From positions 64,001 through 128,000 of the IMG/VR virus record IMGVR_UViG_3300028888_000061: a stretch of 64,000 bases of DNA. One strand, written 5' to 3'. The notes under the pieces are model-generated. The model searched no databases. It worked only from the letters and a program-made list of their open reading frames with translations, and had not been told where the DNA came from. Of this stretch, positions 57,708 to 64,000 are shown piece by piece. Origin of the DNA: a virus (lineage: Duplodnaviria > Caudoviricetes). The stretch's first letter is position 1; each line of letters begins with the position of its first letter. Both the position numbers and the translations under genes were made by a program.

Positions 57708-57719
57708 AAGGAGTTGTTT

Positions 57720-58118
57720 ATGCAAGTTTCTCATGCACAGTGGGTCGATACGGAGCACACTTGTTTTAATGTCATTGTCAGCTCTGATGAGTTTGAGAAT
57801 TTACCATATAGTGTTTGCTTAAACAGTGATGACGAAGCACCTGTACACAGACAGCTTGTTGAGATGTACAGGAATGGTCAACTTGAAATACAGGAATGCG
57901 ATGAAGAAGCATTGAACAATGAAGTCATTTCTTCTGTAAGATTACAGAGGGACGCATTACTGTCAGAGACCGACAAGTTTATGACGATTGATTACCCAAT
58001 ATCAGACGAAGACCGTAATGCACTAAGAGTATATCGCCAGGCACTTCGTGATGTTCCACAGCAGGAAGGATTCCCTGACAATGTGGTATGGCCGGAGAAA
58101 CCATCCTGTCTCAAGTGA
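57720..58118 (+). CDS. Tail fibre assembly chaperone
   Basis: VRLQRDALLSETD...DYP...YRQALRDVPQQEGFP..VVWPEKP. Confidence 0.88.
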   Translation: MQVSHAQWVDTEHTCFNVIVSSDEFENLPYSVCLNSDDEAPVHRQLVEMYRNGQLEIQECDEEALNNEVISSVRLQRDALLSETDKFMTIDYPISDEDRNALRVYRQALRDVPQQEGFPDNVVWPEKPSCLK

Positions 58119-58335
58119 TGAACTTTGTACGGAGTCGTTTATCAAATAAGGTAGCTGGCCCCTATTCTTTAGTGGTTCAACTAGATGTCTATTTGGGCAT
58201 TTGCAATTCTTTTGGCTCCTTCTGGGGTCAAAAGAATTTTTTGTTTCAGCAAGGTTCAAACTGAGTGCCGCCCTCCTCATCGTAACTGACTTTCTTGGCG
58301 GTGACATACTTTCGTACTGTTATTGGAGGTCTGCT

Positions 58336-60990
58336 ATGTTCGAGCAACAGGTCATTACAAGTCGAGGTTTGTTTCTTCTTAATCAGATGAAGACACAAAT
58401 GGATTCTCGTTTGTCGTTTGTTGGCGTTTTTGGTTCTGACGAACGTGTTTCCAATGAGAATCTTTTTCGTCTTGAACCTCATCAGTTGTCTGCTTGGACA
58501 CAGGGTACTCTGTTTAAGGTATACCCAACAAAGTACGCAAACTTAAATGATACACGTATCGCTGTGTCATTTAACGATAATAACGGTGAGGGTCGTTCAT
58601 TAAAGTCTGTTGCATTGCTTGCACGACTTATGCGAACGCAGACTACGAATCCTTCCTTTGCACAGGTGTCAATTACACCTGAATTGTCTGTACGTGCTAA
58701 ACAGGCAGGTGTCGCTGGAAACGATTACTTTGTTCAGTTTGTGTCTGACTCAGAGTCTGCACAAGGAGACATTATCGTCTCGTTAAGACGTGGTTCTGAC
58801 GAATTGGGTTCGTTACGTATTACAAGCGAGATGTCTGTTGAGGATGTTAATGCGTCTTCGTTGGTTTTAGGTTCAGCCACTGGTACTGCTCCGACAACAG
58901 TTCCTTTAAGTGAGCATGTCGAGTTCGTAGGTACTTTCGGAAATCTGTTCAATTCATCCGCGATTATTTTTAGAGATGCCCTTTCAGGTGGTTCTGATGG
59001 TGAAGAGTCTGAGGTCCCTGTTGATGAACCCATTGTGTTTGCAGTAGCAACTACGGACACTGCCATTACGATTAAGAATGACGGTAAGAACAATATATTC
59101 TTTACGTTCCAGTTGTTAATCACGAATGGGTATGCACGTATTAAAGCTGACGAACATGCACGTGCTCTGCTTCAGGATATCGAGGACACTTCCAAAGAGG
59201 ACAAAGGCGGCGTTGCAACCATAATGTTCAATGCTGCGACAAGTGATTTGCAGCTGTTTGACCGTGAAGGTCATTTGATTGACCAGGCAAATCTGCCTGC
59301 CGGTTTTTATAATAACGGAGAGTTCGTTACCATAAGAAACCGACAGAATGTCTATGACGAAAAGATTTGGATTTCGCATAAGGATGTCATTGAAAATGCA
59401 AACACACTGTATGAGTTTACAGATGAAGAACAGGGCGTTGAGTATGGTATTGTCGCCGGATTACCGTTGGTCGATAAAGCATCCAAAGGTCATGCAGACC
59501 ATTTCGTGTCATACCTTATGGAGACGGATGAGGTAGGTCTTTTCAGTGTTGTTCTGTCAGAAAACGACGGAATGTCCTTTGAATTGTTCTCTGATTCATA
59601 TTCGTCTCTCACGAAACTTTCACAGCCTTCTGTTAGAGACTTTTTCAATATCAGTGAAGACCGTGATGTGAACACTTTGGAAGATGTCGGTGACGACTCT
59701 GTTGCAGTGTTTGACATTGAGTCTGTTTCACCTATTCAGGCTCTTCGTTTATGGCAGGGTTATTCTCAACTTGCCTTATCACGGAATGAGGTTCAGGACG
59801 CTCTTGCTTCAAGGTTTGTTTCTTTAATCTGTGAGTATGATCCCTCGGAGTTGATTTCCGATGAGGGTGACGATGGTTCTTCACAAGAGTGGTTGGTATC
59901 GTATCTTTATGATTTGGGTGTCATTAGCAGCAGTACGACAAGTCTTGAAAGTGCAAAGCAAGAACTTAACCTTCTCATGGAAGCTGCTTCTGATAATGAT
60001 GAGACAGTGCGTACTAAACGACATAAACTTGCACGTGAATTTGCGACAAGTTTCCCGAATGCGATTGGGTTCACTCCTGACGATGCTATTGAAGACGTTA
60101 TTGGTATTCCTAGTGTTGCTGTGTTCCCTGAGGATATACGCAAAGCGTACTCTTTGAACGATGTCGCTGTGTTGAAAGAGAAGTATTCCGCATTGGGAAC
60201 CGAAGAGAATGGTCTTTTAGCTGCCAATGCTGACACGTTGGCAGATGTTCTTCGCGGTATCTATGAAGCTCAGGTTGAAAATGCACGTAAGGCTTACATT
60301 GCAGCTGATAATGCATGGAAATCCATTTACGGCGTTCATGGATTGATGCACAGTGTGGCTGTATCGTCTGACGGTGTGACATTTAGAAGCCATGAATGGG
60401 GATATAGGATTCACCTTAGACAAGAGACAAACGGCGGACAGCAAAAGATTGCATTGTCGAGAATGGATGGAGCGAATGCAAGTACGTTTGCGTTCATCGG
60501 CGACTCAGGCGTTCTTGGTGGTGCACCTTTATTTACTGTTATCGTTGCTGCACATGCAGAGATGTATGAAGGCGTTTCTACATGGAGACTGGACAGTTTG
60601 AGTTCGTCTGACGGATTCATTCCTGAGTTGTTTGGTGGTACAGATGGTTTGGAGCACGGTGAGGGTGTGTCTCAATGGGGCGATGAAGTTGTGTTTAACG
60701 TAAGGAATGTGGAAACCCTGGTTGTTCGTCTTGCTGATAACCTTTCCAATCTTCCTTTCAACCATGTGTCTATGGATATACAGGGTGTTACAGGCGTAAA
60801 TCGGATACCATGCGAACAGTTCAAGCACTTGAATTGCATTGTTCCTTTGTACATGGAGAGTCAGGATTCTCGTGGTTGTGCCGTAAATATGACTGAGATT
60901 CTTAATTCTTGGGTACAGACTGAGGACATGTACAAGCCTGATATTATCATTATTCGTGGATACGGTTTGTTCATTCAGACACAGAAATAA
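58336..60990 (+). CDS. Probable tail/baseplate-anchored structural protein
   Basis: GGAGG RBS, then MFEQQVITSRG fibre-anchor-like start; sheath-like insert AKQAGVAGND...LSGGSDG. Confidence 0.55.
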   Translation: MFEQQVITSRGLFLLNQMKTQMDSRLSFVGVFGSDERVSNENLFRLEPHQLSAWTQGTLFKVYPTKYANLNDTRIAVSFNDNNGEGRSLKSVALLARLMRTQTTNPSFAQVSITPELSVRAKQAGVAGNDYFVQFVSDSESAQGDIIVSLRRGSDELGSLRITSEMSVEDVNASSLVLGSATGTAPTTVPLSEHVEFVGTFGNLFNSSAIIFRDALSGGSDGEESEVPVDEPIVFAVATTDTAITIKNDGKNNIFFTFQLLITNGYARIKADEHARALLQDIEDTSKEDKGGVATIMFNAATSDLQLFDREGHLIDQANLPAGFYNNGEFVTIRNRQNVYDEKIWISHKDVIENANTLYEFTDEEQGVEYGIVAGLPLVDKASKGHADHFVSYLMETDEVGLFSVVLSENDGMSFELFSDSYSSLTKLSQPSVRDFFNISEDRDVNTLEDVGDDSVAVFDIESVSPIQALRLWQGYSQLALSRNEVQDALASRFVSLICEYDPSELISDEGDDGSSQEWLVSYLYDLGVISSSTTSLESAKQELNLLMEAASDNDETVRTKRHKLAREFATSFPNAIGFTPDDAIEDVIGIPSVAVFPEDIRKAYSLNDVAVLKEKYSALGTEENGLLAANADTLADVLRGIYEAQVENARKAYIAADNAWKSIYGVHGLMHSVAVSSDGVTFRSHEWGYRIHLRQETNGGQQKIALSRMDGANASTFAFIGDSGVLGGAPLFTVIVAAHAEMYEGVSTWRLDSLSSSDGFIPELFGGTDGLEHGEGVSQWGDEVVFNVRNVETLVVRLADNLSNLPFNHVSMDIQGVTGVNRIPCEQFKHLNCIVPLYMESQDSRGCAVNMTEILNSWVQTEDMYKPDIIIIRGYGLFIQTQK

Positions 60991-61009
60991 CAAGTGTGGT
61001 TAGCTTATC

Positions 61010-61042
61010 AAACCCCTTGCATCCCTTTGCAAGGGGTTTTTT
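61010..61042 (+). terminator. Intrinsic terminator
   Basis: AAACCCCTTGCA-loop-TGCAAGGGGTTTTTT. Confidence 0.8.
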
Positions 61043-61062
61043 CATTTTACTCGGAGGTTATT

Positions 61063-61365
61063 ATGAACGATATAACTATCATTACCGGTAACAATCCTTT
61101 TATTGTTACTGTCATTGCAAGTCTTCTTGGTGCTTTTCTTGCTCTTTGCTTGTTTGGTGTTTTGCGTGTTATGGTTAAAAAACTTATTGCTGCAAAAGCA
61201 CAGTCTGGTAAAAGTGAAGAGGCGAAACCTTCTGACGATTCTGGTGATGTTGCTGACAAGCAGGAAGCTGCGTCTGAGGACGAATCAAAGACTGCTGATA
61301 ACGAAGCCGCTACTCCTGACGCTTCCGAAAAAGCAGATGACAAAGAAAGCAGCGCACAGAACTAA
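61063..61365 (+). CDS. Single-TM membrane protein with acidic tail
   Basis: GGAGG RBS; one hydrophobic helix. Confidence 0.6.
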   Translation: MNDITIITGNNPFIVTVIASLLGAFLALCLFGVLRVMVKKLIAAKAQSGKSEEAKPSDDSGDVADKQEAASEDESKTADNEAATPDASEKADDKESSAQN

Positions 61366-61406
61366 GTCTCTTCTTATCCCTCAAATTTTAAACAGTGGTG
61401 ACATCC

Positions 61407-62033
61407 ATGACAAGACATAAACGTAAAGTACGATGTGAGGCGTCAGACATCTACCAGGAATTTGATGACCATCCGATGCTCCAGAGCATTTGTGATACGG
61501 TACTCAGCATACCTTCTTTGGTTCCGTTTAGTGTTGACCTCAATCTGTACCTTTATTCAGAAGAGCCTTTAACTTACGTTATTGACCTTGTCATGGCTGA
61601 CACTGGATTTCATTTGTTCTCATTGTCCGTTGTTTTCCGTTTTGAAAATACGGTGCATGTCTTTGATGCAGACATTCTCTATTCATGTGATGATGTTCCA
61701 TGTTATGAGGATGCTTTTATTGCGTCATGCGACAATATTTCCGATGCAACTTCTGTTGAGATGTTCCTTGAGAGTTTGTCTGGGATTGTTGAGTCTTATA
61801 TGCAGGAGCTTCTTTGCGATATTCCGTTGTATGTATGTGAGGACATGTGCAGTGCAGGTGTGACTCAGTGTCCTGCATATATACCGGTTAAAACTGTGCT
61901 TGGTCTTGGTCAGTTGGCAGAACACACATTGGATGTTCCTGTTGTTCCTGATAAAACAGATAAAAAGATGGCAACTCGGGTCAGGCATCTTTTGACTAAA
62001 CAGCAGAAGACGTTATCCAATGAATTGAAGTGA
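61407..62033 (+). CDS. Hypothetical protein
   Basis: Basic N-terminus ending RCE; acidic body. Confidence 0.6.
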   Translation: MTRHKRKVRCEASDIYQEFDDHPMLQSICDTVLSIPSLVPFSVDLNLYLYSEEPLTYVIDLVMADTGFHLFSLSVVFRFENTVHVFDADILYSCDDVPCYEDAFIASCDNISDATSVEMFLESLSGIVESYMQELLCDIPLYVCEDMCSAGVTQCPAYIPVKTVLGLGQLAEHTLDVPVVPDKTDKKMATRVRHLLTKQQKTLSNELK

Positions 62034-62045
62034 TTTTCATGGAGT

Positions 62046-62480
62046 GTGTTTATGCGCAGGCAACGAACCAGATATGAGCATATTATGAAACATCGATTGT
62101 CATTTGGCAGACGGTATGAAGCTGACGGTGAGAGCGATGACGGTGCTTCGACAAAAACGACAGGCATGGCTTATCGTTTTTACTCGCTTCTCTATGGTGA
62201 GCGAACGTTGGCACAGTGTATGGAATACCCTGATGTGGAAAATAATGTCCATGACTTTGAAATCTTTGCAATGAGTCAGTCAGGTGTGAAGGCTGCTCTT
62301 AAAGAGACTACTTTTTTAAAAAAGCAGGACTACGCAATTATAAACCGTTTGAGAAGCGGATTTCTGGATGTTATTGTCGGGTATGTGATTCCTGAATCGG
62401 TTAAATATACGAACACGTGGGAGTATGCCGAAGTGTCCGTTGGTATGGACCAGGATATCAAGGTTACATGGAGACATTGA
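62046..62480 (+). CDS. Hypothetical protein
   Basis: Basic N-terminus ending RYE; start uncertain. Confidence 0.6.
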   Translation: MFMRRQRTRYEHIMKHRLSFGRRYEADGESDDGASTKTTGMAYRFYSLLYGERTLAQCMEYPDVENNVHDFEIFAMSQSGVKAALKETTFLKKQDYAIINRLRSGFLDVIVGYVIPESVKYTNTWEYAEVSVGMDQDIKVTWRH

Positions 62481-62520
62481 TGGTGCTGTACCAGTCTCAT
62501 TCTCCTTATTGTGGTATACT
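62480..62520 (+). promoter_or_regulatory. GGTGCTGT-box promoter (methyltransferase)
   Basis: ATGGTGCTGT-N25-TATACT, preceded by TGTGG. Confidence 0.7.
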
Positions 62521-62564
62521 CGTCAAATCTACGGTTTGAACTAAACTTCTAATTTGGGGCAACA

Positions 62565-64000
62565 ATGAAAAATTACGGAGACGTTTGTCTTATCAACGGC
62601 GGTAAAGTCGAGGCGGTTGACTGCGTTATTGGAGGCAGCCCATGTCAAAACCTGTCTGTGGCCGGAAACAGAAAGGGTCTTGAAGGGAGCGAGTCACGTC
62701 TTTTCCTTGAACAGATGCGTGTGGTCAAAGAAATGCGGCAGGCTACCGGATTTCAGAAACCACGTTACATGGTCTGGGAGAACGTTATCGGTTCCCTATC
62801 CTGTAACAAAGGAAAGGACTTTCAGTGCGTTTTAAATGAGTGTGTTGAAACTGCGCTCTTGGGTAAGATAAACCTCAACAAAGGAACGAAAGATGGCGAA
62901 GAGAACTTTACAGAAGAAGACAGAGATGGAAGAGAGACGGGAATCCCTGATGTGCCTATGCCTAAAGACGGAAAGTGGCCAAAATCCGGAATCCTCTACG
63001 ATGACATGGGAAGATGGAGCATTGCTTGGAGAGTACATGATGCACAATATTGGGGAGTCGCCCAACGCCGTCGTAGAATCGCGCTTGTCTGCGATTTTGG
63101 AGGAATGTCCGCACCAGAAGTACTACTTGAGCAGCAAAGCGTGTCAGGGGATTTTAACCCGTGCAACACGCAGGGGGAAAGAGTTACCGAAACCTCTGTT
63201 GGAAGCTCTGAAGAATCAGATAGAATCTGGGATGCAAGGGGAAATGGAAACGGACAGCTCTGCGCAACTCTCACAGGAGACCATGACAACCGAATAACGG
63301 ATTACACGAATGTCGTTGTCCAGAAAGAAGAGCCTTATCTTTTAGAAAGCAATCAGAATCATGCTACTGTAACTAATAATGGCGTGTGTTCTACTTTACC
63401 GGCATCCATGGGTTTAGGTGGCGGTTATGTTCCGATGGTTACAGAAGAGTCTTATTCAATCAATGGTGATGCACATGAATCTGGCGTATCGGTTATGAAT
63501 GAAGTGTCTCATGCTTTGAAGACCACAACAAAAGAATCTGTATTCGTGAAACAGATTTCAGATGAAGTTGCATCAGAGCCATCTTATCCGTGTATCTGCA
63601 TTGGAAATGGTCAGGCTCATGTTACTGAGCATTACACCGAAGAGATTTCACAGACGTTAAACTGTATGCACGACCCAATGACTATTCTTGAGCCTTGTGC
63701 TTATCAGTTGGTCGGCGTGAACAGTAACAGCATGAAGAGTTCCAATCCGAACAGTGGGTGTTACGAAACGGAACAGGCAGGTACGATAACTACGAATGGT
63801 TGTGTACCGAATAACCAGGGCGGTACTGCCATTATGGAGCCTGTAATACCTCTTGAAGGAAATGGGTGCCGTGAATCACATAAAGGTGATGGGTGGAGTA
63901 CAGAGCAGGTTTCTTATACGTTGAATACTGTAGAGAGGCATGGGGTTGCGTATGGTGAAACAGATTCCTCCGCTGAATCTCACCCTGTTGTTGTAGACCG
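62565..64000 (+). CDS. DNA cytosine-5 methyltransferase, probably permuted and multi-TRD; runs off the window
   Basis: Own translation: MKNYGDV...GGSPCQNLSVAG (IV), WENV (VI), DAQYWGVAQRRRRI (VIII), then repeated TL/ATL TRD-like units. Confidence 0.9.
   Translation, partial: MKNYGDVCLINGGKVEAVDCVIGGSPCQNLSVAGNRKGLEGSESRLFLEQMRVVKEMRQATGFQKPRYMVWENVIGSLSCNKGKDFQCVLNECVETALLGKINLNKGTKDGEENFTEEDRDGRETGIPDVPMPKDGKWPKSGILYDDMGRWSIAWRVHDAQYWGVAQRRRRIALVCDFGGMSAPEVLLEQQSVSGDFNPCNTQGERVTETSVGSSEESDRIWDARGNGNGQLCATLTGDHDNRITDYTNVVVQKEEPYLLESNQNHATVTNNGVCSTLPASMGLGGGYVPMVTEESYSINGDAHESGVSVMNEVSHALKTTTKESVFVKQISDEVASEPSYPCICIGNGQAHVTEHYTEEISQTLNCMHDPMTILEPCAYQLVGVNSNSMKSSNPNSGCYETEQAGTITTNGCVPNNQGGTAIMEPVIPLEGNGCRESHKGDGWSTEQVSYTLNTVERHGVAYGETDSSAESHPVVVD
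62893..63297 (+). CDS. Nested alternative-frame methyltransferase accessory (beta-like) polypeptide
   Basis: SRLSAILEE..QKYYLSSKACQGILTRATRRGKELPKPLLEAL, encoded in the +1 frame inside the MTase gene. Confidence 0.6.
   Translation: MAKRTLQKKTEMEERRESLMCLCLKTESGQNPESSTMTWEDGALLGEYMMHNIGESPNAVVESRLSAILEECPHQKYYLSSKACQGILTRATRRGKELPKPLLEALKNQIESGMQGEMETDSSAQLSQETMTTE

Noticed and set aside
49531-60990. Diversity-generating retroelement acting on tail fibres
   Set aside because: No reverse transcriptase, and no near-identical repeat pair differing only at adenines was seen; repeats are protein-level and diverged. A template outside the window cannot be excluded.
154-63289. Numerous antisense and off-frame ORFs in the track
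   Set aside because: They are shadows of longer motif-bearing genes; only 62893-63297 has an independent recognisable motif.
1-64000. Stop-codon reassignment
   Set aside because: Genes are full length and dense in the standard code; TAG, TGA and TAA all end recognisable proteins.
1-64000. tRNA/tmRNA genes, tnpA, integrase, inteins
   Set aside because: None recognised by eye; terminase and RecA appear uninterrupted.

Overview
This window is a 64-kb segment of a large, T4/jumbo-like contractile-tailed dsDNA phage genome in the standard genetic code. No host housekeeping genes, tRNAs or CRISPR arrays are visible. Left arm (1-22 kb, mostly minus strand): a baseplate hub protein, Mor-like and sigma-like regulators, a DnaX-like clamp loader, a TOPRIM primase, Mre11 with a three-piece Rad50, HU, a RuvC-like resolvase, a gp32-like SSB, dUTPase and a deoxynucleoside kinase. 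A candidate replication origin (iterons plus a long AT-rich inverted repeat, at the strand-composition switch) lies at about 22.2-22.9 kb. Right arm: RecA/UvsX, Bro-N, portal, large terminase, baseplate wedge proteins, a beta-clamp-like protein, a SprT protease, a formate/nitrite channel, three tail-fibre-like proteins and a permuted C5 methyltransferase with a nested alternative-frame gene. Two TnpA-less IS200/IS605 (TnpB-only) elements are inserted. The most striking unexplained signals are non-coding. (1) A three-way-junction leader RNA precedes both tnpB genes, with a third orphan copy; its loop covaries with target sites at the translation start. (2) An ORF-poor, highly paired transcription unit of about 620 nt lies at 10.65-11.27 kb. 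(3) A ~105-bp dispersed element has a fixed 16-bp core, and its arms are reciprocally swapped around the deoxynucleoside kinase gene. (4) An eight-copy promoter class, GGTGCTGT-N25-(-10), sits mainly on DNA-metabolism genes. All protein calls come from motif reading, not database searches.
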